A stretch of 59,669 bases of DNA, filler included, from Sphacelaria rigidula (taxonomy: Eukaryota): NCBI GenBank assembly GCA_964200075.2. It is 9 parts of 9 records of this genome, joined end to end, with 100 filler letters (N's around TTAATTAATTAA, not from the genome) between each part and the next. Parts side by side here need not be neighbours in the genome. Positions count along the whole stretch, not along the records: positions 33,208 to 39,748 come from CAXNAA020019457.1; positions 39,849 to 46,389 come from CAXNAA020019458.1; positions 46,490 to 53,029 come from CAXNAA020019459.1; 6 more parts are not named here. The stretch is one strand, 5' to 3'. The position numbers and the translations under genes were made by a program. This document shows, in pieces, positions 34,407 to 48,067 of this stretch. Below the pieces are notes generated by a model. The model worked only from the letters and a program-made list of their open reading frames with translations, had not been told where the DNA came from and did not search any database. The stretch's first letter is position 1. The number at the start of each line of letters is the position of its first letter.

Positions 34407-36878
34407 CTGCAACACTTCAAAGCAGCGCTCATACACCGCCGGATACGGTTTTCCCACATAATGCACTGTGCCTCCCATCTCCGCGTACGCTTTTCCGATT
34501 AGCCCCGGCATAGGGTCGTTCGTTCCAGGCCGCAGAAAGTCTAGCAAGCGGGTGTTCGAAAGCAAAGAAGAGCGAAACTCACAGTACAGTCAACGTCGGA
34601 CGTGGCAGCTAAGACAGTCGAAAATATCTTCGGCAATAGGGACAACGCCACGCGACCACGGAATCACTGAAGGCAGCATTTGTGGGCGCCCATCAGTTTG
34701 TAGAGGAAACGCCATGAGCACCTAGATATTGAAGCTGGAGTCAACACTCGAAGGACTACTGTACTGTACAGCAGTACACCCTAACCACTACGTTCGGAAG
34801 TCCTTGCCACGAAAACTAAAGGAGATGTTATGTTATTATCTGACTCGTTCGTCTGGTACCGTTAGTCTGCGCGGCGGGCATACAGTCGGCGAGCAATAGC
34901 AGCTGTCCACCGATGTTCGACCACATATTGAGAGTATGTGTACAAGTTACCGCACATCCCCCCCATCCACTACCCCACTAACGACAAGACCACGACCAAG
35001 CTGCGATACATGCCCTTGTTCGACCATCGTGCACTATGAACCAACACTCGACGTGCCGTTATTTCTCCAGTATATGGGACATTTCCGAAACGTCTGATGC
35101 AGTAGAAGCATCAAATTATACGAGCACATGGATTTCTTAGTCACACTCTCAATCACATTCTTGTCATCCTGTTGGAGGCGAGCGGTGCACTTGTACGGCG
35201 TTGTACGGCGTCGTACATATAACACCATACCTGGATTTGTAACCAACATCGGCTTTCCGCGCTCTTTGAGTGTTTCCATCGCCTTTTGAGTCTCCTCTTT
35301 GCCACTAGCCGTCATCACTGTGGGGGAATATCTCCTCTCGCCATTCGACCCCAACACTACAAAAGATCCCCTGGACCGAGTTGCGACCACAGATTACAAA
35401 GAAGATAGTGAGACACGACCTTCTCATTTCAAGCACAAATTGGTGTAACGAACGGTTTGCAGGGTATCGTCCAGTACAGTACCTGTTGCGCCGATCATCG
35501 TGCACAGTCACATCTGCCTGCCGGACGACCCATCCCTGCTGTACGGTCACATCGCCAATAATGACTTGGACTGGAGACATCGTTGCTGATGAATCGGTAC
35601 GGAACAGACCATGGTATAATAACACAAGAGTACCATCTGGCGGCACAAACATCAGAGTGCACAGAGGGGTGAGGGTATGAACACAAGTCGTGGCGCACCT
35701 GGCTAGAATGAAGTCTGCGCTGTCAGCCTCGGCCAGTTCACAGCCGCAGCTTCTCACATACTGGAAAATATATAAATACAATGCACGGGGCATGATTGAT
35801 GTGACTTCAGGCTGCGTCTGCTTCCAGTCTTTAGTTTCAAGAACCAATGCGTACCACGCGAATATCAATGGATACAGCAGCGCATCAGTCGGCATGATCT
35901 GCAGCACCTTGGATTAGAGGGACCCTGAAAAGACACACATGGATCGGTGATCGTCATGATCGTCGCCTTGAAGCTACTCGAGCAGAAGTCGTTTAGACGT
36001 ATCATCTCCTCATGACGTGCTCGGCGAGGACCTCTCGATATGGTGCGTATTGCGATGTCCAATTCTGGTGAAACGGTAAAGCCATGCGTTACTCGTAGTA
36101 TGCTTGAGTGTTTACATTTCACAGCGAAGACGCGGCGAATCAAGTCCCTTTGTGTTGCGATAACACAGCAACCCGTCCAATGACTGTGCAATCAACCATG
36201 TTAACTGCCACAAGCCCGTTCGGCGAAACACACTCCGACGCTACTAATAATAGCACATCGTCTCGAAAAACGATACTCTAGGTGCACATCACTGACCTCT
36301 TCATCATCATCCCCATTGCCGAACACCAGACATTTGTTTCCCAACGAAGCGAATGGCTGAGCGGTCCTTTGCTGCAGCCCGTCCCACGCTATTTGTCCGC
36401 TAGTCACAACGTCCAGAATGCCGCCCTACATCACGACGCAAAGGTATTTGGTATAGAAGGAGGCTGGAATACAGGTGCAGTGGAAGACTGATGACTAGTG
36501 TAAGCAGTAAGGTACGCAACAAAGACATGTGTGAATGCCGAATATTTACACCAACGGCCGATGTGAAAGCAGTCTTGCGAGCTTGGCCAAAGTAGCTGCT
36601 AAGTCTCCTGGTGCAAGTTCAATAGGGTCACATGCCCAGGGATCACGAGCGGAACATACCACCTTCCTTTTCGCCCGCGTTGAATCTGGTACAGTACAGT
36701 ACCATTACTACAAAAGTGGTATAGGGCGCTTGCAGTGTATGACAGGTTGCAGTGGTGCGGTGAGTTGGCTTGTTACCTTCTTGGCTCGTTGGCTTTAAAG
36801 ACTCACCGTTGAGAAGCCCATCCTGCTGAGGTTCTTCAGAGCCGCATCCTTTCGCTTGGAGGAGTTGCTCAATAGCAC
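34407..36878 (-). CDS. Partial spliced gene: HAD-superfamily subfamily IIA hydrolase/phosphatase
   Basis: Phase-consistent exons 36878-36807, 36425-36297, 35760-35699, 35370-35231 and 34540-34407 give VLLSNSSKRK...(motif II), VVTSGQIAW, ADFILARG, PMLVTNPD, MPGLIGKAYAEMGGTVHYVGKPYPAVY (motif III). Confidence 0.92.
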
Positions 36879-38799
36879 CTGCACAAATAAACGGAAACAT
36901 GTTGAACAAATGAAAAGACTTGCACAACTTCATGCCACAACTACGGCTCGAGGTCATATGCCTGTTTGCCGTTGTCGTCATGGGCCAAGCCGGCATGCTA
37001 CTGGCACTGCACATGAAAAGGTACGGCAACATCCTTCCACGACACTGTTTTTGCACGCCCCCCTTAATGAAGCCCTAGTAGGAGCCTGTCGGAGTTCGCA
37101 CCGGACCGGTACCACTATAGCTCAATGGTCTTGGTCTCATCTAACCTGTATGCCCTCCGGCTCCCCTCTCCCCAAATCAACCACATGAGCGTTATAGTTG
37201 CAAAGCCATCTAGGTCGCCGAATACCTCAACTGTTTTGAAAAATGTAAGCTTCTGAGAGCAAAGGTATCGCCCCGAGAATTATACTCGTTTAAGAGAGAC
37301 ACCAGCCCACTGACAACTCCGAGACTGACCCCCCCGTAGTATACTGTACACCACGCGTACTGATTTGCTGTCAGCTTTCGAATTTGCGACTTAAATGCCC
37401 TGTAACATCGGGATTTTAGCGTGACAGCTTAATCCCATCGGTCGCTTGTTTGTTAATGTATATGTCCAACGAAGAATACGTGTGAACGCTCCCGTGCAAG
37501 CGGGACAATTAGACCTAGTCTTGAAACAGTACACTTAACAAACCACCTCAGCTTCACGTCACCCTGCGACATTTTTCATTTTCGAAAGCTTGATGAGATA
37601 GTGCAATGTTTTCCCATCATCGTTCACGTTCGACGAGGGCGAGATTCGACCTTCGACCCAAGCAGTCAGTGCCTGGAAGAGTGCGCGTAATAGGCAATAC
37701 GCGGAGCCCTGATGGTGGGTATGATACTCAAATTCTAAAAACGCAAAATTCAACTATACATGCATACATGCGATGAACACAGGTATCACCAGAACGACTT
37801 CTTGGAGTTCGGTGAATTTTGGTGTCGCAGTTTTTTTGTTTTTTGTTCGTCTCTTTCTGGGTATCATTTGGCAATCGCAGCCTTAACGGTATATGTCCAG
37901 CACATGACGTTCAAACAGTAACGTGATTATATTTATATTTCCTTACACCATAGGCGCGGAATCGTGTAAGCGAGATATATGCGTGCGTCATGTCAACATG
38001 ATTTCAATCAACAACAATCATAGGCGCTGTGTTTGTTGTTGCCTGTTTGCAGGCCTTTCTGTGTTCCCAAGATTCGATTTCGCGGCGTTCGGGGTTCGGT
38101 GAATTCAACAGCCAATTTGCCGCGGCTCGATGAATCTTGGAGCCGGATTTTATTGTCTCTGTCTGTACTGTCTGCATTGCTTGCAAGCAGTGTCTTTGGT
38201 GCGTGTGTGCGTGTTTCGTTCAGGAGGATATAGAAGAGAAGCGGGCAGCGTGCAGTGCATACAGCCCAGGAATTTCAGTTCTCTCTTCTTACAATACGAC
38301 GTGGAGAGGACTTCAGCAACGTGCAGCTTTGTGCTGCCTGTATTGTCCATGAGCATGCACGCAACTCGGTTGCGCACCGTACCACGCAGTTCCGTCGCTG
38401 ATCCCAACCATGAGACAAGATCCAAAGTCAAGTTTTCCCCAACGAAAATAAACAAAGCACAACCAACTACTGTACTGCAGTATATCTATCCCTGGGCTCA
38501 ACTCGTGCGCTATACTGCAGGATTGCGATGGAGGCTGAGAATGAGTTCAATGGGGTTTGCATGGTCCTGTGAACAGGTGTTATCTGGCGTGGTGGTCTGT
38601 AAGATAGGAGTCAAGTGCCGCTTCGTGCCTTTCGACCGCATGTTTTCGATCGAACACGATTGTTTTCAATCTCGTTGCATTCTTCTCCGCGCGCGCCTAA
38701 TTTTAATTTTGAGTTGAAGACTTTTAGGAACATAAATGCACGTATCAGATCGGCGAAAAAAGTCGACCGCATTCTTTTCATCTGAAAATAAAGTGTTGA

Positions 38800-39461
38800 G
38801 GGCGTGTCTTACGCCAACTCTGAAGGGAGCTGTTCAAAATTCCTCTCGAAAACTGCCTTTTGGGCCCTTCTCTGTCGATTTACGCTCGAAAAGAGGGCTA
38901 GGCGGATGTTGACGCCTTGGAATGACTTGGTCTACTCGTTGAGACCGTTCTAGGGCAACTGTGCATTTCCCGGCCGCACTTGTGTTTTTGGCCAAACCAG
39001 GCCAAACACGTCTTTTCAGCAAAAAATGGTCAGGTGATCAAAATTTCCCCCTGTTTTTTGATCGCTCGACCGATTTTTATTGAAACCCGTGTTTGGTCAA
39101 AAATGAAAGTGCGGCCAGCGGGAAATGCAAAAGTTGCCCTGGAGCGGCCCCAATGAGTAGAGCAAGTCGTTCCAAGGCGTAAATATCCGCCAAGCCTTTT
39201 TTTCAGTCGAATAACGACGGAGAAGGGCCAAAAAGGCAGTTTCAATCAAGAATTTTGAACGGCTCCCATTAGAGTGGGTCTTAGAACATGGTTTTCGATT
39301 GAAAATGTGCGGTGGGAAAAAAAATCCCGATCTGGTAGGTCGTGATTTCAACCATCTTCACAATCTTCGACGATGGTTGGAACTACGATGACCTATCAGA
39401 TCGGAATTTTTGTTTTTCACTGCACATTTCCGATCGAAAACCAATGCGCTAAGACACGCCC
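38800..39461. mobile_element. PIF/Harbinger-type (Tourist-like) MITE containing a long internal inverted repeat
   Basis: 12-bp perfect TIR GGGCGTGTCTTA / TAAGACACGCCC with flanks TGA and TAA. Internal diverged arms of about 180 bp span 38818-39274. Confidence 0.75.
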
Positions 39462-40717
39462 TAAGGCCGTTTCTTCCGGTTCGTATTTTGTTTGGCTCGT
39501 ATTTTGTTTGGCTCGTATTTTCCACTTTTAGGACATTTGACAAGGTTTTTGATCCCCAAACAGGGAAAATCGCCACCACACGTCTTGGACATTTTGTATC
39601 ACCTCACCGAGAGAAGCCTAGCCCACATTTCCGATTTGCTTGGGTCAGAGATTTTGAGAGCGGCCTATGGACAAAAATACGAGAAAAACATATATTGCAC
39701 AGTCTGTAGGCTCCTCTCGGTGGGGTGATACAAAGTGTCCAAGGCGTGNNNNNNNNNNNNNNNNNNNNNNNNNNNNNNNNNNNNNNNNNNNNTTAATTAA
39801 TTAANNNNNNNNNNNNNNNNNNNNNNNNNNNNNNNNNNNNNNNNNNNNAGGCGCGCAGTGTCTGAGATGGCACGCAGACGAGACCTCCAACGCGCCAAGG
39901 CGTCGCGCTTGTAGAAAACGTCAAAGTCCCGGCTAAGGCTATTATACTCTAAAAGCAAGTGAACCGGCTCTCGACAGAAAAACTCGTTTTCACTGCTCAA
40001 TTTGAAGTAGTTTTCCATGAAATTTCCACACGATATACATGAGGTATATGTGGAGTCCCTACCGTTTGACCCTCTTATTTTATTTTATTTTCTTCGTATG
40101 TAATTGGTGATCTAAATTACAGAACAATTTTTCCTGGTACAAAAGCGTCGACAACTCATTTGAAAGAAAAACAAATGTCAAGGGGGGACAATAGGGACTC
40201 TACAGCATACCCCATGCGCATCGTGTCGGAATTTCGTGAAAAAATACCTTGAAATTGAACAGCATAACCGCGTTTCATTTTTTCGTGGCTGGTCCATCTC
40301 TACATAGTAACCAGTCGTGGACACGAACACGCGATAGAGCCGCTTATTTTCAGGTCGTTTTCTATGAAATTTTGACACAATGTACAGGATGTATGTGCGA
40401 AGACGCCCCCATTTGCCCCGTACATTGTTTTTGTTTTTCTCTGTGAGTTATCGGCGACCACACATTTCAGAACATTTTTTTCGGAACAAAACCGTGAAAA
40501 CCTTTTGAGAAGTAAAAGAAAAAAAGGACGGGGCACATGGGGACGTCTTTGCACATACGTCCTGAACATTGTGTCAAAAGTTCTTAGAAAACGACCCAAA
40601 ATTGAGCTGCTTAATCACGTGTTCACATCCCTGTCCGCCTCTTGGGCGGCCCAGCCTGTACCCATGTGTGTACGTTTTCGACTGATACAGGTACGTTTCC
40701 GTTTTAGGTGTGCATTG

Positions 40718-40718
<1 letters not shown>

Positions 40719-40754
<36 letters not shown>
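40719..40754 (+). repeat. (TG)n microsatellite
   Basis: Direct reading. Confidence 0.98.
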
Positions 40755-40760
<6 letters not shown>

Positions 40761-41807
40761 CGTGGATTTTCGATACCAGTACACCTTCGAGCATGCGTCA
40801 CCCAGCCCAGCCTGCCGGGGATGTCTAGCCGCTTGTGTTTGGTAGTCTGTTTATCAAACATCTTTATCCCCATCACGAATTGCGCTTTCAAGCAGGGCAT
40901 ACAAGTTGTGGTGCTTGGATCAATATCCTGTTCGAGCCACTGGCTCTTCGGTTTGAAGTCTCTCCGTTTCCACATACAGTACACCAGCATAAAAGTGTCC
41001 AGCTATGCCACTTTCGTAGTGAGGGTGCAATTCGAGAGAAATCGCTGATGAAGTATGAGAAACTCGGTACTGACTAAAACCATCATGCGCACGAAAACTA
41101 TCCGTACCAAACGCGTCGGATATCCCGGTGCATCACACCTCTGCACCTCTGCATCATACGGACGAGTGTTTTTCAACTTCGGGTTATTCCCCCATGTGCC
41201 ACAAGCTGTATGTTGAGGCATCTATTGCATACACTTCCTCGACATACTGCTCGACCTCTATTGAACTTCCCCCCAGCGTGACAAACATCCCTCCAACGCA
41301 TATGTGTAGCAGTGGTATTATATTTTCAAACCACCACTACGGTATTTCAAAATCGATACCATCAAAGGGTTGACGTCGATGAACTTGCATCGCGATGCTT
41401 CTCCGAAGTGAGGGCCACACAAGTTGTTTTGCTAAGGTTCCAAACGCCCTTCTCAGCAACCCCACGTGATCCCATACCGCTCGACCGTAGACCGCCCAGT
41501 ACTTCGCGCCCCGCGCCCCGCGCCCCACCAAAAACGCTGTTCTGACAACTACGTGTACCCCCCGAATTGTTTTCACTGAAACCTGTCTGTAGTACAAAAT
41601 GGTGGTCGCATGCCTTCACGACTACACCCGGAATCACGGTGCCAGTCTCTGTACTTGCTAGCAGGCCCGGTGCTTGGTACACAAGAAAAAGAGAAGAGAA
41701 AACCACCGCCGGAAGGAAATTTCCCCTCAGCCTTTGGTGATCCATCGTTCCACGAGAATGAACCCAAGCCAACCACGGCTCTCGACCACACACCAAAACG
41801 TAAACGG

Positions 41808-41917
41808 CACGGGTGGCCACTGGGGTACCTGCAACCTCAATTTCGGACGTTACAGACCTTGTGCAACGTCTGTAACGTCCAAATTTGAGGTTCCAGGCAC
41901 CTCAGTGGCCACCCGTG
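41808..41917. repeat. 110-bp near-perfect palindrome (mini-MITE-like)
   Basis: CACGGGTGGCCACTG...GGACGTTACAGAC, a 10-nt spacer, then GTCTGTAACGTCC...CAGTGGCCACCCGTG. GG on both flanks. Confidence 0.9.
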
Positions 41918-44900
41918 GGTGCGGTCTCATGTCATAGGCGGCCAGCGGCCCCACACCTCAAAACTGAGTGAACGTCGGCCGGCGCTAGCTCAGGCTTGTG
42001 GTGTGGGTACAACGGGTCCGATCAGCCCTGGGTGAAGGGTCCCACTCAGGCACGATCCCGCGAAACCACACGTGGGCGTAGCTCTCACGGTAAAAAATTG
42101 TGTTGTTTCATCATTAGAATTGATCACTCTAGTGGACTACTTCATAGTTCAAACTGTTCGCGGCTAGCTCCTCCCCGACCAGGGGGGTGGGAAGCCACGT
42201 CTTCTGCAGGTACCCACATGCCGAGAGAGAAACTGTCTCGCGGTATTATCTTGCTGCCCCTACGGCTATCCACTGTAGGGTACATGTTAGCCCAGGCGTC
42301 CACAGGGCGTCGGGCCTCTTTGCAGTCGAGCATAGTTATTCCACTGTGGATCATGACCATAGGGAACCCTCGCTTTCCTTTGCTCCACGGGTTGGAGAAG
42401 GACCCCCGGCAGTGACCCGGTCGGTAAGCCAAGAGCTGATCCCGTCATGAATACTCCCGCGAACTTCCCAACAGCGACAGGTCATGACGGTACGCCTCAG
42501 GTATAGGATGTGCCGCTACCGCCCTCTGCCCCCCCCGCTGCCCCCTGAGCCAGCACCAACAAAGAGGTCGAGGCGGAACGTGTTGAGCCACAAGTTCACC
42601 CTACCTACTGTCGGTTCGTTGTCGCGTTCACGTGCGGGCCCGCCACGGGCGACCCCACACCACGACGGGCCCACGCGGGTAACAGACGACTCGTCCCCTG
42701 TAGTTCCAAGTTTGACCCCCGACAACGTGTCTTCCGATAAATTCGTGGAGACCATGTCTATTTCCACTATATGTGTTGGTGTTGATGACAAAGTTCCGCT
42801 GGCGCAGCCACCGAAACCACGTCCGACGACGAGAAACCGTCGACCCTTTTGTCCATTACTGTTGGTGATCCGGCAGACACACTGCAGTGAAGGGTTGAAA
42901 TTTCTGCGACCCCGCACTTGGGACATCCACTACCAAACCGGCAGTGCATGCCCCTCCATGCCGACATCACAGCCGACCCCGCCCCTACCACGACGGTCAC
43001 GACTAATAGTCGCACCCCCATAGCGGTTCACGAGATACGTAGCCCTGACGCCTAACATTGGAGAACCCCCAGGACCAGTGCCCACATCCCCAGGCTCACA
43101 AGACCACCCCAGAGTATATTTCAGTACCAAGCTCAGGAAGTACAGCGAACACATATCAATTCGTTGCCAAAAATTGGCCCAGATCTTACGCGTGGCATTG
43201 TCACCTTGGACGATGCGTCTTCTACAACTAGAGTTAGACTTATAAATTACTTACAAGTGGATCTTATGCAAGCCATCAACTTGCGGCCCTGGTATTACCG
43301 AATTCGGGCTCCCTTCAGACCTTTCCCACCGTCAGTTGCTGGCAGGACATGCTCCGTACCGGCGCGGCCGATGACCAATGTCTGCCCGCTGTCCCCCCCA
43401 CGCACCTTCGGTGGCTCCGGGTAGGTTCTACTCTTGAGTACCACCCGAGCTGTGCGATTGAGTGTTCAGTTCTTCAACGATACGCACCCCATGGCACGAA
43501 GTTTTGTCTCGGCTTTGATTGTTCCACACAATGCCATGGCATTCCATGTTTTGTTGGGCAGAGAGTAGCTGATTGCGTTTCCGACACATACACGGTCGGA
43601 CAGACTAATGTATTTGTGAAGGACGGACGCCAGCAATTTTACTGACGTCTCCGCATTGATCCAGTTGTTGAGGTATGCTTGCCTCCGCTTCAACGTACAT
43701 CTCTTCTGATATATGTCCCCGCACCACTACCACTTCCCCAATTGAGGTCGAGCAAAACGCTGATTGTCATGGACCAGTTTCAGCTGATACAATGGTTGTG
43801 ACCGCGTCGGATAACGACGCGAAAACCGACACTTCTCAAATATTGTTGGATTGCTTCTGGCCTGAGCAGCAAGCAAGGGTTTTGCGACTATGTGATGGTA
43901 AATAACTGAGTGCCTGAATTAAAACTAGTTATTTGTGGATATGCAGATGGTCCCTACAAACGACCGGCGGGTATGGAAAGATTCTAGTCGAATGTGTGTT
44001 TGTATGATGCAGGATTTTGATCTTTTATTGTTGACACAGATGCTTGAGGGTAGATACAGGATTGTACACGATTAGCCGCGTGTACCTGCTGCTACTACAG
44101 CTTTGATTGGCTTAAGGTAAAGTGCCTCACGCTGATTGGTATTTATATGACAAATTGTATGCGTAGCTAGGAGCTTTCGAGGGTAATCGTGAGTAGCATC
44201 GCCTACGATGCTCACTTGCACTCCACCTACCAGAGAAACAGCTACCGTAGAACTAATCACAAGAAGGACCATCAGCTTTTCATCTGCTCTACGCGACGTC
44301 TCACTTTCTGCCGGCAAGCCGTGACGAGCTATAACACGAGTAAGTCACGAGTAACACAACCCCTTTGGTTTCAATTGGTGTTTACTTTTTCCGAAAGAGC
44401 TCGGTGCTTACTTTCAGTAACAGCTGCCTGCTGTTGACGAGTGCGTTGTGTGTGTGAGACCCTACTGTTTGAGTTAACGACTCGAAAACAGGACCAGTGG
44501 GTCACGTACTCACCCATCTTGAGTTGCGGCTTGCTCTGCTAACATATACGTCGACATTCATGGGGCTTCAGAGGTAGCTTGTTATCCCAAGCTGTACGGT
44601 TTCTCTTTAGTCGGCTGCTGTGCACGCACCCGCCGAACACAAGCTTACGTTTTGTTTTTCAAGCCCTTGTAATTTCAGTCCCTGATTCACTTGATATTAG
44701 TACACGTGTTGTGCGTGTAGGTTGTTCTTTCACAACAGCTGCCCACGTGCTACTTCCAGTTGTATCTGGTTTGACGACAGGCCAAAGATGTCTAGCAACA
44801 TTGATGAGCGTACGCTCAGGTGCTTGAGGCGCGTCCGCGAAGTATCCTTTGCTGCACAACAAACCATTTCCCCACCCACAGGCCAGTTTGACGGGGCATG

Positions 44901-45535
44901 TCAAAACCTCGGGACGGATGGACCCCTTTTCGTACCGTTGTACACGGTTTGAAGAAATAGCAGTGTCGTCAACTACATACAACTTGTACATCCGTTCCTC
45001 CATCCCTCCACACAACTGCCCCTGGCATCTGTGCCGCTCGAGTTACTTCTGTTTCAACCGGCTCGCTCTAGACACAACGCTTTATTCTCCCCTTCGCTCC
45101 AACACCCCTCCGCACTCCTTCTCGGCTCGGGAAACACCGAGTCGACCAATGTGTGCCCCACTACCGGTCTCTGTTGGGTGAGAGAGCGGGCGCGGACTGT
45201 TTCAAATTCAACCCGCCGTACAGGCAAATCATTATTTTTTTCCAACACGGATCATTCCCGCGAACTGTCCGATTTTTTCATCGGTGTTGCATCGATGGCG
45301 CAAAATTGTCAGTACAAAGAACGTTTGTCTCTACACACGCCCGACTGTACCAACACCGAAGCAGGGAACTCGCGCCAACGGCGTAGCTTTTATATCCCTC
45401 CGATACCGACGAACCCACAACCTAGCCACCACCTTCGGTCAACACTCCCGCATCAATGTACGACGCCCCGATCTTTGATCAATCGCCTGATTTCCACGTT
45501 GCCTATACCACGTACCTCCCCAGGCATGCATACCA

Positions 45536-46389
45536 TGTCCGATAACGCACGCACGACGGGTTCACCTGCCCAAGATCTATTCACGGGCGATGACACCCGG
45601 GGGGAGAACCAAAATACCAGGTCTGGTAGTATGGACGACAAAGATGAGGACATCGGCGTAAATGATTACGTAGACGGTCGTACTCCCTTCGAGACACCGG
45701 ATATATATATGAGAATTGCCCCTCCTCTGGCTTCCGCGGACGTGACCACTGACAACAGTGTCACACCTCATCCGTCAGACACGCTAGACGTTGACCTACC
45801 GTTGGTATTTTACTCGACGCTACCCCCTGTTCAGCCAAACCCTGAACCGGACACTGCACCACCGGCGACAGCTGATGGTGTCTCAAACATAAACACCCCC
45901 ACGACGCGCCCCCCCCGAAACGTGCGGGACGAGTCCAAAAACCAATTCTAGCACTCTCGGCCTGAAGCCATCCCACCTCATTTGTGGAAACAGTGGGCGC
46001 CTTCGGAACAGGCAGAATACTGGGATGCCCTCTTTCTACAGGCCAATAAGGCCAAGGCAAAACGCGATAGGCGCCAAGAATTTGATCGCAATCAACTCCT
46101 AATACGTACTCAACGTGATGTGGACCACCAGAGGCAGGCCCTTGCTTCGTAACAGAGCAAGCAACAGTCCGTCTCTCTGTATCACAGTCTGGCTTGGACG
46201 AACAACTCAGACACCTTCGCCTCCTGCATATCGACCCCTCCTCGACCATAGATGAACCGATAACTTCATCCAAGCTCACTCAGGGCACCAACTCAATCTT
46301 CAAGACTGAATCACGTACAGACTCTCCTCTCCACACGGAACTACCCCGCCCCCCACAGCAGGTTCTTACATCGGTCCCAACCCCTCACC
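45536..46389 (+). pseudogene. Degenerate ORF, possibly gag/ORF1-like
   Basis: P/T/D-rich ORF (MSDNARTTGSPAQD...) continues in frame past the TAG at 45949-45951 into a helical-looking segment IPPHLWKQWAPSEQAEYWDALFLQANKAKAKRDRRQEF. No diagnostic motif. Confidence 0.3.
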
Positions 46390-48067
46390 NNNNNNNNNNN
46401 NNNNNNNNNNNNNNNNNNNNNNNNNNNNNNNNNTTAATTAATTAANNNNNNNNNNNNNNNNNNNNNNNNNNNNNNNNNNNNNNNNNNNNGACTGGGGCCG
46501 TGTCGAAGCGTGTGGTGTGTGGGCTGGGGGGGGGGGGGTGGGGGGGGGGGGGGGGGGGGGCGCGTGGGGGAACACTGTGAAAATTGTTTGTCGTGAAGCT
46601 TCCCCGGCTCCATCCTTGCATTTGCATGCGGTATGACGAGGCACACCGTAGGCCGAGTACGCACATGTCTCATCTAGATGAAAAAAATAAGCGTCCCAAA
46701 ACCAGCGGGTTGATTGGTCGCCGGGCGGGTCTATGGCTGCAGCAACTAATCAATAGTCGCCCAAACCATACATCCACCCGACGATCATGAACACGCTGCT
46801 TTTGGACGCGTGTTACCTTTCCCGCTTTTTTTTTTGTTCCGATAACACACGGTCTGAGAACTTGAGAACTTTACCCGGTGTCTCGTGGTTGAAATAAAAA
46901 ACGAGCTCGTGTGCCGATTACCGCAGGCTCCGATGGTGCGATGTCCGCTTGGCTTCGATTGCATTTGGTTCGACTTTGTCCCTCATCGTCGTCCACTGTA
47001 CATGACGATTGCGTAAGCGCACATAACGCAATCGATGCCCAAAGACGCATTCCACCGTCGTGTCGAACGAACGCTCCAAAGTGTGCGAAGAAGGGCAAAA
47101 TGTGCCACAGTAACAAGCTTCCGAGGAGCTGCATTTGTCGCCTAATTGTTTATCCTGGTGTGCTGTTGTATAGGCGATAGACGCCGTGCAAGAATAAAAC
47201 GCCACGCCTCGCCCTACCATACACGGCACCGTATTGGAATACCCTCTACCTGGAGCATCCCCAATACCTTGGAGCGTCCTCCGTGCACTCTTTCGGAAGC
47301 CCTTCTCGCGTACTCGAAACCTTGAAAATACCCTACGTTACCGACTTCTTGATAGGCTCAGGGCAATCGTGCTCGGCACACTGTTGTCACCTCTTCTACC
47401 AAAAACTATCATCGACAGGACACCGCGGTGCCGTCAGCACGCTGAGCAGATCTACTTCCGGAGCGTGCTTGACACAGTAGTATACTTGCTCTCTTCTTCC
47501 TCTAACCCTGCAGGATCCCACACCATACGGGGGCAAACGCCAGCTCCGCGCCGTTCCCCAATTTTACAGGGAATATTTCCTGGTGGGACCCAGTACCCTG
47601 CCAGCCTGTTGCGCTCCGCACGCTGATGTGCGGTCGTGCGATCTCGAGTACAGCACAACCCGGGTCGCAACCAGGGCGGCGATCCGGACCTAGAACATCG
47701 AGCAGATGATCGTTGGCGCTCGCGTGGGAAGTACGAACTGCGAGACGAAATCGGGTGGGCAACAACGAAAGTGGCGGCGAAGTGACTGACACACGACACC
47801 GGAGTGAAGGATTTTGTACTGTTGGAACAAACGGAACGGGGAGAAAAATCTCAATGACATTGCTCGTACGTGATGGCAAAAGACGGGGACAATCCAGCGG
47901 GCGAAATATTTTTTTCAAACAATCATCGTTCTGTTCCCTGCAAAACGCGAACGCATCAGCTGCACCTGTTTGCGTCATTTCGTAGTAAAGGAATTCTCGA
48001 GGAGCTCTCTACATATACGTATCATCCGTCGCACCCCGCAAGGTGTAAACGTCACCACGAAAGTACG

